Shown: positions 42,692-53,889, counted from the first letter of the stretch. The stretch: DNA of 64,000 bases from Geopsychrobacteraceae bacterium (GCA_963662315.1 OY759353.1:1568001-1632000), one strand, 5' to 3'. Notes: a model not told the origin generated them from the sequence alone. Program-made: numbers and translations.

Positions 42692-43216
42692 TCAGGCCAG
42701 CCCATCGGCCCGCAGTTTTTCCTGCAGTTTCTCAGACTTTGTCACGACTCCGGCTGCCATATCTGCCTTAAAAGCAACCAGCTTTTCAGCCAGGTCCGCA
42801 TTTTCCGTAGACATCATCTGTACAGCAAAAATACCGGCATTGCGAGCACCCGCCGCGCCGATAGCCATGGTGGCAACCGGAATTCCTGCTGGCATCTGGA
42901 CCATTGCCAACAAAGCATCCAGCCCCTGAAGAGACGTGGCGTCAATCGGAACGGCGATCACTGGAAGGGTGGTTTCTGCTGCGATGACACCTGCCAGATG
43001 AGCAGCCGCCCCGGCTCCGGCGATCAAAACCTTGATACCACGATTCCGTGCCTCTTTTACATAAGAAGCTGTACGCTCAGGAGTGCGGTGCGCACTGGAA
43101 ACGATCATTTCGAAAGGAACTTCAAATTGCTTCAGAACCTTGCCGGTTTCGATCATAATACTGTAGTCATTGTCACTACCCATGACAATACCGACCAGCG
43201 GTTTTGTTTCTGACAT
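42692..43216 (-). CDS. purE: N5-CAIR mutase
   Basis: GIVMGSDND, SAHRTP, AGAAAHLAG, QMPAGIPVAT. Confidence 0.97.
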   Translation of the reverse strand: MSETKPLVGIVMGSDNDYSIMIETGKVLKQFEVPFEMIVSSAHRTPERTASYVKEARNRGIKVLIAGAGAAAHLAGVIAAETTLPVIAVPIDATSLQGLDALLAMVQMPAGIPVATMAIGAAGARNAGIFAVQMMSTENADLAEKLVAFKADMAAGVVTKSEKLQEKLRADGLA

Positions 43217-43297
43217 AATTTCTTCCTTTATACAACTTTCCCGACCAGAAAAACCAAACATGACATCGGAAAATAATCAATCAGATGTTGCTTTAAA

Positions 43298-44569
43298 TTA
43301 ACGGTTAAGGGCCTTGGCCCCGATATCATTACGAAAGTGAACATCCTGCCAAGTAATCAAATTAGCCCCCTTATAAGCTTGATCAATCGCTTCCTTGACA
43401 GTTGCTCCCAAAGCAGTTACCCCGAGAACGCGGCCACCATTATTGACAACAATCCCATCCTTGAGGGTTGTACCCGCATGAAAAACCATCAGATCATCCA
43501 ATCCGGCAGCGGCCTCAAGACCACTGATGGGCAATCCTTTTTCAAAATTGGCTGGATAACCACCGCTGGCCATAACCACGCAAACTGCAGCCTTATCATG
43601 CCATTCGATCGAATCCTGACTCAGCTCGCCGCGCGCACAAGCCTGCAATACCGGAACAATATCAGACTTCATACGCATCAGCAAAGGTTGCGCTTCCGGA
43701 TCACCAAAGCGGGCATTATACTCAACGACACGCGGTATGCCGTCCTTGATCATCAAACCAACATAAAGAATACCGCTGTAAGGACAGCCGTCTTTTTCCA
43801 TTCCTTCAATCGTCGGCCGCACAATCGTATCAACAATAATCCGGTAAAGGTCATCGGTAACAACCGGAGCGGGGGAATATGCGCCCATCCCTCCAGTATT
43901 CGGCCCTTCATCGTTATCGAAAACACGCTTGTGATCCTGAGACGATGCCAGGGGTAAAATATTCTTACCATCGGTAAAGGCAAAGAAGGAGGCTTCCTCC
44001 CCTTCCATAAATTCTTCAATAACGACACTGGCACCGGCTGCGCCAAAAATTTTGTCCTGCATAATATCATCAACTGCGGCAATAGCTTCGGCAACAGTCA
44101 TTGCGACCACCACTCCTTTGCCAGCTGCCAGGCCGTCGGCCTTGACAACAATAGGAGCCCCCTGCTCTTTGATATAAGCAACTGCGGCAGCATGATCCGT
44201 AAAGGTTGCGTAAGCGGCGGTCGGAATCCCGTGCCGAGCCATCAGATCCTTAGAAAAACCTTTGCTCCCTTCGATCTGGGCAGCGGCCTTGCTGGGGCCA
44301 AATATTTCCAGCCCGGCGGCTTTAAAGCTATCGACGATACCCATTGTAAGCGGAATTTCCGGGCCGACCACAGTCAGGTCAATCTTTTCAGCACTGGCGA
44401 AATCGAGCAGCGCATCAATTTCATCGACACCAATATGAACACAGTCGGCTATTTCTGCAATACCAGGATTGCCCGGCGCACAATAAACCTGAGAAACCAG
44501 GGGAGATTGTGAAATCTTCCAGACCAGGGCGTGTTCACGCCCGCCACCACCGACGACCAGTATTTTCAT
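43298..44569 (-). CDS. purD: Phosphoribosylamine--glycine ligase
   Basis: GGGGREHA, KADGLAAGKGV, QDHKR, EYNARFGDPE. Confidence 0.98.
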   Translation of the reverse strand: MKILVVGGGGREHALVWKISQSPLVSQVYCAPGNPGIAEIADCVHIGVDEIDALLDFASAEKIDLTVVGPEIPLTMGIVDSFKAAGLEIFGPSKAAAQIEGSKGFSKDLMARHGIPTAAYATFTDHAAAVAYIKEQGAPIVVKADGLAAGKGVVVAMTVAEAIAAVDDIMQDKIFGAAGASVVIEEFMEGEEASFFAFTDGKNILPLASSQDHKRVFDNDEGPNTGGMGAYSPAPVVTDDLYRIIVDTIVRPTIEGMEKDGCPYSGILYVGLMIKDGIPRVVEYNARFGDPEAQPLLMRMKSDIVPVLQACARGELSQDSIEWHDKAAVCVVMASGGYPANFEKGLPISGLEAAAGLDDLMVFHAGTTLKDGIVVNNGGRVLGVTALGATVKEAIDQAYKGANLITWQDVHFRNDIGAKALNR

Positions 44570-44647
44570 TCTTCAACCTTTCAACGGAACACTGCGGCAA
44601 AACGCCTGCCGCATCCTACCGCAGTATTAACATCATTCAGCACTATT

Positions 44648-46213
44648 TTAGTGGCGGAAATGCCTCATTCCGGTAAAGACCATGGCGATCCCCGCTTCAT
44701 CTGCAGCGGCAATGACCTCTTCATCGCGAATCGATCCACCAGGTTGTATCACCGCAGTAATACCTGCGGAGGCGGCATTGTCAATCCCGTCCCGGAAGGG
44801 GAAAAACGCGTCAGAAGCCATTGCCGCGCCGTTGACTTCAAGCCCGGCATGCTCAGCCTTAATAGCAGCGATACGTGCCGAATTGACCCGGCTCATCTGA
44901 CCGGCTCCGACACCGATGGTCATCCCGTCTTTGCCATAAACAATAGCATTGGACTTGACAAACTTGGCAACCCGCCAGACAAATTCAAGGTCTTCACGCT
45001 CTTTGTCAGAAGGGGCGCGCTTGGTGACGACTTTCCAATCGGCACTCAGGGAAAGATCTGTATCCTGAACCAACAGTCCGCCATTGACCCGCTTAAAATC
45101 GTAGCGCTGTCCAGCCTGAGAATCCCACTCACCACACTCAAGCAGGCGGACATTCTTCTTGGCAGCAACGATTTCAGATGCTTCCGTGGAAACCCGTGGT
45201 GCAATGATGACCTCAACAAACTGCTTATCAACAATAGCCTTGGCTGTTGCTGCATCGAGTTCGCAATTAAAGGCAATGATCCCACCAAAAGCTGACTCAG
45301 GGTCGGTGGAGAAGGCACGTTCATAAGCTTCCAGAAGATTGGCCCCGGTTGCCACGCCACAAGGGTTAGCGTGTTTTACGATGACACAGGCGGCACCGTC
45401 ATTGAACTGCTTGACACATTCCAGTGCAGCATCGGTATCGCCAATGTTATTGTAGGACAGTTCCTTGCCCTGTAACTGGCGGGCCGTTGCAATGGAGGCT
45501 TCCTGGATATTTTTCTCTACGTAAAAAGCAGCCTTTTGATGAGGATTTTCACCATAACGCATCCCTTGGGCCTTATGAAACTGCAAGGACAAGGTTGGCG
45601 GAAAATCCTGATTATCCACACCAACCCGACGCCCGAGCCAGTTGGAGATGGCGCCATCATAAGCGGCCGTATGCTGATAAACTTTGACCGCCAACTCAAA
45701 GTTGGTTTTTTCCGAAACCTCACCGCTGCCCTGCTTCATCTCATCAATGACTTTTTCATAGTCATCGGGATCAACCAGGACCGTAACAAATTTGTTGTTC
45801 TTTGCGGCACTGCGCAACATGGTTGGACCACCGATATCGATATTCTCGATGGCATCTTCAAGGCTGCAACCGCTCTTGGCAACGGTCGCCTCAAAAGGGT
45901 AAAGATTAACAACCACCATATCAATAGGCTCAATGCTATGCTTAGCCATGGCATTGACATGCTCAGGGTTATCACGCAAGCCCAGCAGAGCACCGTGAAC
46001 CTTGGGGTGCAGAGTCTTGACTCGTCCGTCCATCATCTCCGGGAAACCGGTATATTCAGAAACGTCCATAACCGGAATGCCGGCATCACGGATCAATTTG
46101 GCGGTTCCACCGGTTGACAGCAGTTCGACACCAAAACTGTTCAATTCGCGAGCAAGATCAAGCACGCCCGTTTTGTCTGATACTGAAATAAGTGCACGCT
46201 TAATGGCTGGCAT
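44648..46213 (-). CDS. purH: Bifunctional AICAR transformylase / IMP cyclohydrolase
   Basis: [39 protein letters not shown]. Confidence 0.98.
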   Translation of the reverse strand: MPAIKRALISVSDKTGVLDLARELNSFGVELLSTGGTAKLIRDAGIPVMDVSEYTGFPEMMDGRVKTLHPKVHGALLGLRDNPEHVNAMAKHSIEPIDMVVVNLYPFEATVAKSGCSLEDAIENIDIGGPTMLRSAAKNNKFVTVLVDPDDYEKVIDEMKQGSGEVSEKTNFELAVKVYQHTAAYDGAISNWLGRRVGVDNQDFPPTLSLQFHKAQGMRYGENPHQKAAFYVEKNIQEASIATARQLQGKELSYNNIGDTDAALECVKQFNDGAACVIVKHANPCGVATGANLLEAYERAFSTDPESAFGGIIAFNCELDAATAKAIVDKQFVEVIIAPRVSTEASEIVAAKKNVRLLECGEWDSQAGQRYDFKRVNGGLLVQDTDLSLSADWKVVTKRAPSDKEREDLEFVWRVAKFVKSNAIVYGKDGMTIGVGAGQMSRVNSARIAAIKAEHAGLEVNGAAMASDAFFPFRDGIDNAASAGITAVIQPGGSIRDEEVIAAADEAGIAMVFTGMRHFRH

Positions 46214-46490
46214 AAGCGACCTTCCTTTCCTTTTCTCTTCTGGGGAATATAAGTCCAATGAAAAGCTAAGACTGCCACCCAAGGTCTGCGGCGGTCCAGA
46301 TGCTAGTATAATTTCTGATATATTAAATTTAAGAAGAACCTGCTGGATTTATCTATCTTTTGCGTCTCTGCAAAGAATGATCAAGGGAACAACTCTCTCA
46401 GTGCAGCGCCTTGATATTCATACAATCCGTTTAAAAACGCACCTTTTAGCACGTTTAACAAATACTGACAACCGCTTTTGGCCAATCTCA

Positions 46491-47621
46491 TTACGATTCC
46501 AGATAACGTCTCGGTACCCGACTGCCAATGCGACAGAACACCTCGTAGGAAATTGTTCCTAGCTGCTCGGCCCACTCATCGCCCAGAATAGCCAAGCCAT
46601 CAGCCTCTCCCAGCAGAGTGACACAGTCACCGATAGCCACATCCGGCACTGCGGTCACGTCGATCATAATCCAGTCCATGCAGACGCGTCCGGTAATTGT
46701 GACTTCCTGCCCGCGGATGATAGCCCGGCCACAGCTACTGAAAAGACGATTATAACCATCCGCATAGCCGATGGGCAATACAGCAATCTTAACATCAGCT
46801 TCGGCAACAAAAGTATGTCCGTAAGAAACCGCAGTTCCTGCCGGCAACTGGCGCAACTGAGCGACCCGGGTACGTAAATGCATCACCGGACGCAAATCCA
46901 GCCGCGCGGCAAAATCAGGGCTAGGCAATCCGCCATATAACATGATCCCGGGGCGGAACAGCGTACACTCGGTTAATTTCCAGCCCGTCAATCCGGCACT
47001 GTTTCCCAGATGAACATCCCGCGGCTCAATTCCGGCAGCCCGGACCATTGCCAACATATCTTTGAAGTTATCATACTGAACCTCGGTCAGCGAACACGCC
47101 AACTCGTCGGCACGAGCCAGATGAGACATGAAACCGACAACCTGCAGGTTCGTCATTGTCTTTAACTGGGGCAAAAAATCCCGCAATTCATCTTTACGGA
47201 ACCCGACCCGACCCATGCCACTATCAACTTTAAGATGGACCTCAAGCTGAAGACCTTTTTGCCGTGCCACCGAATCAAGGCGCCCAGCGGTTGCGCTGTC
47301 AAGCAGCGCCGGCTGCAGACGATAGACAATAAACGCCTCTTCCTGTCCAGGGAAACACCCCCCCAGAACCAACAGCGCCCCTTCCAAACCAGCCTCACGC
47401 AGAGCAATCGCCTCCCCCAAGGTTGCCACAGCATAATCAGTGACACCCCAGCGCTGCAGAGCGAGGCCCAAGGGTATCGCACCATGACCATAGGCATCAG
47501 CCTTGATTACCGCCAGCAAGCGTTGATGATCAAGGCAGTATTTACGGGCCTGTTCAAGGTTATGCCTGAACGCGTCGAGGTCAATTTCAGCCCAGGTCGG
47601 ACGATCAACAAACTGGTTCAT
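46491..47621 (-). CDS. alr: Alanine racemase
   Basis: AVIKADAYGHG, DSGMGRVG, IGYADG, GRVCMD, GTISYE. Confidence 0.97.
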   Translation of the reverse strand: MNQFVDRPTWAEIDLDAFRHNLEQARKYCLDHQRLLAVIKADAYGHGAIPLGLALQRWGVTDYAVATLGEAIALREAGLEGALLVLGGCFPGQEEAFIVYRLQPALLDSATAGRLDSVARQKGLQLEVHLKVDSGMGRVGFRKDELRDFLPQLKTMTNLQVVGFMSHLARADELACSLTEVQYDNFKDMLAMVRAAGIEPRDVHLGNSAGLTGWKLTECTLFRPGIMLYGGLPSPDFAARLDLRPVMHLRTRVAQLRQLPAGTAVSYGHTFVAEADVKIAVLPIGYADGYNRLFSSCGRAIIRGQEVTITGRVCMDWIMIDVTAVPDVAIGDCVTLLGEADGLAILGDEWAEQLGTISYEVFCRIGSRVPRRYLES

Positions 47622-47730
47622 ACGCTACGTACCCTTCAATCATAAAAAGCAAGAGATAACGGTAAAGTGTCTGTTAATACATATACCTCCACAAGACGAG
47701 AGTAAAGCAGCAAAAGCCCAATGAGATTAA

Positions 47731-47759
47731 TTGACACCAAGGATTCATACTGGTAAAGT
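47731..47759 (+). promoter_or_regulatory. sigma70 promoter for thiED-thiC
   Basis: TTGACA-17 nt-TAAAGT with an extended -10 TG. Confidence 0.65.
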
Positions 47760-47870
47760 TTTGCAGTGATTGTCTTTTTTTCATTCTAACTTTTTAAGTT
47801 ATTATCCCGGCGACAATCCTCACCTACTAACCTATGGTCTTATCCAAATGAATGCAGGGGGATACGGTTC

Positions 47871-49301
47871 ATGATATCCGGACTATACCTTATCACTGAC
47901 AACAATGATGATGGTCGACTGTTAGACAAAGTAGCCTTGGCATTGACTGGTGGCGTCAAAATTGTCCAGTACCGGGCCAAGGATATCCGTCCGGAAGAGC
48001 GCCGCAGCATGGCTCAGAGCCTCAGAGATTTATGTCGCCAAAATGATGCCTTGTTCATCATCAATGACTTTCCCGAACTTGCCCGTGAGGTCGATGCCGA
48101 TGGCGTCCACCTTGGTCAGGACGATATGCCGGCGGTTGAAGCCAGACAGATTATGGGGCGCAACAAACTGATCGGTATTTCTTCACATAATGTTGAAGAA
48201 GCTCTTAAAGCCGAAGCCCAGGGTGCTGACTATATTGCGATCGGATCAATCTTCCCCACCGGTACCAAATCGGACACCACCGAAGTTGGCCTAAAAATGC
48301 TTAAAAAGGTGCGCAAAGCCGTCAGAGTACCACTGGTTGCCATTGGTGGAATTACACCTGCGGGAGGATTCGATGCTCTTGAAGCTGGCGCTGACTCCAT
48401 TGCCGTTATCTCAGGCATCATGGCCGACAGCAACCCGGCACGAGCCGCCAAAGAGTATTCACTGCTGTTCAACCGTCACAAGCCATACCCTAACGGCAAA
48501 GTACTGACCATCGCCGGATCGGACTCTGGAGGTGGTGCGGGAATACAGGCTGACATCAAAACCATTACCCTGCTTGGCAGCTATGCCAGCAGCGTATTAA
48601 CGGCATTGACCGCACAGAACACCCTTGGCGTACAGGAAACCTATGCCGTTTATACCGATTTTGTAGAAAAGCAACTCACTGCCGTCCTTGACGATATCGG
48701 TACCGACACGGTGAAAACCGGCATGCTCAGCTGGGGAGGAATTGTCAACCGGGTGGCCAAAGTCATTGAATCACGCTCACTGCTGGCAGTTGTTGACCCG
48801 GTCATGGTTGCTAAAGGGGGCGAATCACTGCTCGACCGCGAAGCCCATGACAGCCTGATTTCACGCTTATTGCCTCAGTCATATCTGATGACGCCCAACC
48901 TGCCGGAAATTGAAGCACTGACCGGCATTGATCCACAGTCGGTTCCCGAAATGATTGAGGCTGGACGTCAGCTGCAGGAACTCGGCGCCCGCAATGTCCT
49001 GGTAAAAGGTGGCCATTTAAGTGCTGAAGCCACGGATATCCTGCTGATCGGAAACGAGGTCTTTGAAATGACGGCGCAACGTTTCGAAACTGTCAACACT
49101 CATGGCACCGGTTGTACCTTATCCTCGGCCATCGCCACCTTCCTGGCCCAGGGCTACCCTCTTCAGCGTGCAGTAGAACGTTCCAAGCGGTTTATATCTC
49201 TGGCAATTCAGAACTCGGTACAACTAGGCCACGGTCACGGCCCGGTCAATCATTTCCAGGCGGCAATGCAACTCTTGCATGAGAACCCATCTATAGATTA
49301 A
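47871..49301 (+). CDS. thiDE: Fused thiamine-phosphate synthase / HMP(-P) kinase (ThiE-ThiD)
   Basis: N-terminal QYRAK, IIND, GVHLGQDD, VAIGGI; C-terminal IAGSDSGGGAGIQADIK, HGTGCT. Confidence 0.95.
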   Translation: MISGLYLITDNNDDGRLLDKVALALTGGVKIVQYRAKDIRPEERRSMAQSLRDLCRQNDALFIINDFPELAREVDADGVHLGQDDMPAVEARQIMGRNKLIGISSHNVEEALKAEAQGADYIAIGSIFPTGTKSDTTEVGLKMLKKVRKAVRVPLVAIGGITPAGGFDALEAGADSIAVISGIMADSNPARAAKEYSLLFNRHKPYPNGKVLTIAGSDSGGGAGIQADIKTITLLGSYASSVLTALTAQNTLGVQETYAVYTDFVEKQLTAVLDDIGTDTVKTGMLSWGGIVNRVAKVIESRSLLAVVDPVMVAKGGESLLDREAHDSLISRLLPQSYLMTPNLPEIEALTGIDPQSVPEMIEAGRQLQELGARNVLVKGGHLSAEATDILLIGNEVFEMTAQRFETVNTHGTGCTLSSAIATFLAQGYPLQRAVERSKRFISLAIQNSVQLGHGHGPVNHFQAAMQLLHENPSID

Positions 49302-49398
49302 GATACCCGCTGATTATTATAACCATTGTTTCTTTCAACTGCAGCGCAGATGCCGCAAGGTGTCGGGCGCTGCTTTATTCTGTGTAAGGAATACCGTA

Positions 49399-50697
49399 AT
49401 GACTCAGCTTGAAATGGCCCGCCAGGGACAGATCAGTGACCTGATGCGCGAAGCCGCTGCAGCCGAAAATATTGATCCAGAAATCCTGCGTCAAAAAATC
49501 GCTGCCGGTACTGCCGTAATTTGCCGCAACAACAAACATACTCATGGCCGCGCTCTTGCTGTTGGGGAAGGGCTTCGGACCAAAGTCAACGCCAATATCG
49601 GGACCAGCGGCGATGACACCAGTATCGATAAAGAACTGGAAAAAGCCAAGGTTGCAGCAGCAGCTGGCGCAGACGCCCTGATGGACTTATCGACAGGAGG
49701 TCCCATCGACGAAATCCGGGCCGCGATCATTGCAGAGACCGATCTGTGTATCGGCAGCGTTCCCCTTTATCAGGCCGCCTGTGATGCCGTCCTGAAACAG
49801 GGCAAGCCGATTGTTGACATGAGTGTTGAAGATATTTTCGCCGGAGTCAAAAAACATCTCGACGACGGGGTTGATTTCATCACTGTTCACTGTGGTGTAA
49901 CCCGTGAAACCGTCAGCCGCATGGACAAAGAAGGACGTCTCATGGAAGTTGTCTCCCGTGGTGGATCATTCACCGTTGAGTGGATGTCCTACAATAACGC
50001 CGAGAACCCACTCTATGAGTATTTTGACCGCCTGCTCGAACTGGTGCGTCCCTACGATGCCGTTCTCTCTCTGGGGGACGGGTTCCGTCCCGGTTGCCTG
50101 GCTGACGCCACCGACCGCGCCCAGGTTCAGGAACTGATCATTCTCGGCGAACTGACCCAACGTGCCCAGGCTGCCGGCATCCAGGTCATGATTGAAGGTC
50201 CGGGACATGTCCCCTACAACCAAATTGAAGCCAATATGAAGCTGCAGAAGCGACTGTGTCACGGGGCTCCATTTTACGTTCTGGGACCACTGGTTACCGA
50301 TATCGCACCAGGATACGACCACATCACCTCGGCTATTGGTGGGACATTAGCTGCCGCCGCCGGCGCCGACTTCCTGTGTTATGTTACCCCAAGCGAACAC
50401 TTGCGCCTGCCGACAATAGAAGACGTCCATGAAGGGGTTATGGCTTCACGGATTGCAGCTCATGCCGCTGACATTGTCAAAGGCATTCCCGGTGCCATTG
50501 AAAAAGACAACGCCATGGCCGTTGCCCGTAAAAAACTCGACTGGCAAGGTCAGTTTGACGTTGCCATCGACCCCGAGAAAGCACGCCGCCTAAGAGCCGA
50601 GTCCGGTGTTGATGAAGAACATGGCGCCTGCACCATGTGCGGAGCCCTGTGTGCTTATAAAGTTATGAACGAAAGAAAAGACAAACCCGCCAACTGA
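49399..50697 (+). CDS. thiC: Phosphomethylpyrimidine synthase (short form)
   Basis: KVNANIGTS, MDLSTGG, SRGGS, EGPGHVP, CTMCGALC; lies next to thiED. Confidence 0.92.
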   Translation: MTQLEMARQGQISDLMREAAAAENIDPEILRQKIAAGTAVICRNNKHTHGRALAVGEGLRTKVNANIGTSGDDTSIDKELEKAKVAAAAGADALMDLSTGGPIDEIRAAIIAETDLCIGSVPLYQAACDAVLKQGKPIVDMSVEDIFAGVKKHLDDGVDFITVHCGVTRETVSRMDKEGRLMEVVSRGGSFTVEWMSYNNAENPLYEYFDRLLELVRPYDAVLSLGDGFRPGCLADATDRAQVQELIILGELTQRAQAAGIQVMIEGPGHVPYNQIEANMKLQKRLCHGAPFYVLGPLVTDIAPGYDHITSAIGGTLAAAAGADFLCYVTPSEHLRLPTIEDVHEGVMASRIAAHAADIVKGIPGAIEKDNAMAVARKKLDWQGQFDVAIDPEKARRLRAESGVDEEHGACTMCGALCAYKVMNERKDKPAN

Positions 50698-50808
50698 AAA
50701 AGTTGCCGTCCCCTGATACCGGGGCGACAATCTGCCGTTTTTTTTAGCAATCTTGTGGATCCACTGCACCGGGAAACCTATCCCGGTGCTTTTACAGGAG
50801 GACCGCCG

Positions 50809-51600
50809 ATGAGTGCGAAAAGAATCACCCGTCCCCGTCGCAAGCCAAAAATCAAACTGCGCGGTTTCAATAACCTGACCAAAAGTCTCACTTTCAATAT
50901 CTACGATGTCTGTTATGCTCAAAGGCCCGAAGCCCGGGCTGAATATCTTGAATATATTGACGAAGAATATAATGCTGAGCGCCTGACCCGAATCCTCACT
51001 GAAGTCGCCGATATCATCGGTGCCAATATTCTGAATATTTCCAGTCAGGACTACGATCCAATGGGAGCATCTGTCACCATCCTGATTGCAGAAGAGCCGA
51101 TCGAACCCAAGCCGGATATCGTGCTGGCCCACCTCGACAAAAGCCATTTGTGTATCCATACCTACCCCGAAACCGACTCTAAATCCGGGGTCTCTACCTT
51201 CAGGGTTGATATCGATGTCTCCACCTGCGGCAAAATCAGCCCTCTTAAGGCATTGAATCACCTGATCAGTTCATTTGAGTCGGATATCGTATTAATGGAC
51301 TACAAAGTACGAGGATTCACCCGCGACGTTCAAGGGAAAAAGCACTTCATCGATCACCGTATCCACAGTATTCAGCAATACATCCGTAAAGATATGCGTG
51401 AACGGTATCAATGTGTCGATATCAACATTTACCAGGAAAACCTGTTCCACACAAAAATGTTGCTCAAGGACTTTGACCTAAACCAGTACCTGTTCTCAAC
51501 CACTTTTGACGAACTGACCGATGACGAGCGAAGCAGGATTAAACAGATTCTCGAACAGGAAATGACCGAGATTTTCTATTCACAGAACATCTACCAATAA
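50809..51600 (+). CDS. speD: S-adenosylmethionine decarboxylase proenzyme (long, E. coli-like class 1A)
   Basis: [51 protein letters not shown]. Confidence 0.93.
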   Translation: MSAKRITRPRRKPKIKLRGFNNLTKSLTFNIYDVCYAQRPEARAEYLEYIDEEYNAERLTRILTEVADIIGANILNISSQDYDPMGASVTILIAEEPIEPKPDIVLAHLDKSHLCIHTYPETDSKSGVSTFRVDIDVSTCGKISPLKALNHLISSFESDIVLMDYKVRGFTRDVQGKKHFIDHRIHSIQQYIRKDMRERYQCVDINIYQENLFHTKMLLKDFDLNQYLFSTTFDELTDDERSRIKQILEQEMTEIFYSQNIYQ

Positions 51601-51613
51601 CAAGGCCGAGGCC

Positions 51614-52837
51614 ATGATTAATCGATGCCTGATTCTACTGTTAAGCATAGCGGTCCTGGCGTCTTGCGCGCCGCAACCAACACCATTGGGAAACCCGACA
51701 CACCCGTACCCCCCGGCAGCAGAACCACAGGTAGGTGATATTATTCATCTCCCCACCGGAATCCTCGTTAGCTATCAGACATTGCTTGACAACGTCACCA
51801 GCTACCGGGTGGTTTTTGTTGGGGAAACCCATGATAATCCGGCCTCTCACCGCCTGCAGCAAGATATTCTTCAGGCCTTGCAGCAAAGGAGTCCAGGCCA
51901 GATTACCGTCGCTATGGAGATGTTCACCCCCTCCCAGCAGCCCATTCTAGACCTCTGGAGCACGGGACAACTTACAGAAAAAGAATTTCTCAAGCAAGTC
52001 GACTGGAACAATACCTGGCGCATCAACTTTGCCTTTTATCGTCCGATACTCACCTATTGTCGTGATCAACAGATTAAAATTCTTGCCCTTAACGCTGAAA
52101 ACGACCTTAAACAAAAGGTCAGCCGCATCCCCTTTGCCCTGTTGTCCACGGAAGACCAGAGGAAACTTCCAGCCCTCGATGAGCATGATCCCTACCAGCG
52201 TGCCATGGCAGAAGCGGTGTTTTCTGACCATAAAATGGGCCCAGACATGCGGGAAGGCTTTTTACGGGTGCAAACCCTCTGGGATGAGAGCATGGCTGAA
52301 AACCTTGCCAACTATCTAAAAAAGGAACCTCAAAGCCGTCAGGTCATGGTCATGGCCGGTGGCAATCACATCCGCTACGGTTACGGCATTCCGCGCCGTA
52401 TGTTCAGACGCCTGCCGATTTCCTATGTCCTGGTTGGCTCAGAAGAGATCGACATCCCTGAACATAAACGTGCCCAATTGATGAACATCAATGAGCCTTC
52501 ATACCTCATGATTCCGTATGAGTATGTTCTTTATACACGCTATGAAGATCTTGTTACCCCTGGTGTAAAAATGGGTATCACCTTAGAGACGACCAGTAAA
52601 GGTGTCATGGTTAAAAAGGTCATGCCCGATTCTGCCGCAGAACAGGCAGGACTAAAAGAGGAGGACATCCTGGTTCAACTTGACGGGGAAACGCTGAATG
52701 ACGTTTTTGACTTAACTTATGCACTGCAACAGAAGGAAATTGGCGATTCCTCGCTTATTGTCCTGAAGCGTGGGGTCGATGTATTAAAAGTAACAATAGT
52801 GTTCTGTGCTCAGACACAACAGGCAAAGCAGCAGTAG
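51614..52837 (+). CDS. ChaN-family lipoprotein with C-terminal PDZ domain
   Basis: Lipobox VLASC, VGETHDN, AMEMF, QTLWDESMA, AGGNH; PDZ (VMPDSAAEQAGLKEEDIL). Confidence 0.85.
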   Translation: MINRCLILLLSIAVLASCAPQPTPLGNPTHPYPPAAEPQVGDIIHLPTGILVSYQTLLDNVTSYRVVFVGETHDNPASHRLQQDILQALQQRSPGQITVAMEMFTPSQQPILDLWSTGQLTEKEFLKQVDWNNTWRINFAFYRPILTYCRDQQIKILALNAENDLKQKVSRIPFALLSTEDQRKLPALDEHDPYQRAMAEAVFSDHKMGPDMREGFLRVQTLWDESMAENLANYLKKEPQSRQVMVMAGGNHIRYGYGIPRRMFRRLPISYVLVGSEEIDIPEHKRAQLMNINEPSYLMIPYEYVLYTRYEDLVTPGVKMGITLETTSKGVMVKKVMPDSAAEQAGLKEEDILVQLDGETLNDVFDLTYALQQKEIGDSSLIVLKRGVDVLKVTIVFCAQTQQAKQQ

Positions 52838-52860
52838 GCAAAAGAGTCCCAAGCACCGCT

Positions 52861-53730
52861 CTAACGTTGGGGCTTTATTCTAAGCGACTCAAAAACAGAG
52901 ACAGAAAGAACCAGCATCCCCCCAACAACAACTGCAAGACCAGGAACTTCGCTGACAACCCACCAAGCCAGCAGAGCAGCAACAACAGGTTGCGAGCAGG
53001 TGATCAGAGAAACCGATTTGACCGGTAACTGTTTCAGACAGTAAACCAATAACGTGTGAGCAGCAGCAGTACTGAAGATACCAAGCAGGACAATTTTGCC
53101 GAAATTGAAGACGGACAATTGGCTTATCTGATGGAAATCAATAAAAAAGACAAACATCAGAGCCACGGAAATCATCTGATGAAACATCAGGCAATCACTA
53201 CTTAAATGATTAAAATGATATTTCTGGAATAAATTCCGCAGGGCAAACATCAAGGCCGACAACACTCCCCAGAAAACGCCCAGACCAACTCCGGCGTGCA
53301 GGTCATTGTGCCCCGCCAGAGTCATAATGGCCAGCCCGCATAAGGCGACGCCTCCAGCAACCATATCACTGCCTTTCAAGCGCTGCTTGCTGAATAATGG
53401 CTCAAGGATTATGCTCATGACCGGATAGCTGAACATAGACAGCATACCAACAGCGACGGACGACACCTGCATGGCATGAAAAAAGGTCGCCCAATGCCCT
53501 CCAAGCAATAACCCAAGGGCATACACCCCAACACGACTACGCTTGTTAGGTAAGCGCAGACTCCGCTGGCGCAGCAGGCTGAACACCCCCACCCCGAACA
53601 TGGCCACGACACCACGCAGCTGAATAATAGCAACAGCGTTTAAAGGAATCGTTTTGGCATAAAGACCGGTCAGAGCCAGTAATAAAATAACAATATAAAG
53701 ATAAAATACAGCAAAGCGATTACGGCTCAT
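52861..53730 (-). CDS. EamA/DMT-family transporter
   Basis: About 10 hydrophobic segments in two EamA repeats. Confidence 0.85.
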   Translation of the reverse strand: MSRNRFAVFYLYIVILLLALTGLYAKTIPLNAVAIIQLRGVVAMFGVGVFSLLRQRSLRLPNKRSRVGVYALGLLLGGHWATFFHAMQVSSVAVGMLSMFSYPVMSIILEPLFSKQRLKGSDMVAGGVALCGLAIMTLAGHNDLHAGVGLGVFWGVLSALMFALRNLFQKYHFNHLSSDCLMFHQMISVALMFVFFIDFHQISQLSVFNFGKIVLLGIFSTAAAHTLLVYCLKQLPVKSVSLITCSQPVVAALLAWWVVSEVPGLAVVVGGMLVLSVSVFESLRIKPQR

Positions 53731-53759
53731 AGCGGAGGTCTTTCCAGGTCGGGATTCAC

Positions 53760-53804
53760 TTCTGAGATAAAGAGGCTCAGAACACCAGCCTCTTTATCTC
53801 AGAA
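53760..53804. repeat. Perfect 18-bp inverted repeat
   Basis: TTCTGAGATAAAGAGGCT-9 nt-AGCCTCTTTATCTCAGAA. Confidence 0.9.
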
Positions 53805-53849
53805 AAATTATATTACCGGTTACAGGTTTCAGCTTTCCGAGCCAACATC

Positions 53850-53884
53850 TCGAAACTCTTGGCAGATCTTGCCGAGAGTTTCGA
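53850..53884. repeat. 15-bp inverted repeat with one mismatch
   Basis: TCGAAACTCTTGGCA-GATCT-TGCCGAGAGTTTCGA. Confidence 0.85.
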
Positions 53885-53889
53885 CAAAT

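Noticed and set aside
46214..46490. ZTP or TPP riboswitch upstream of purH
   Set aside because: Only a short hairpin and an isolated CTGAGA are present. The ZTP (GGGGAG / CGCCUGGGC) and TPP core elements are missing.
49399..50697. thiC as the benzimidazole synthase paralogue BzaF
   Set aside because: It is adjacent to thiED, with no cobalamin genes or B12 riboswitch nearby. A phylogeny would be decisive.
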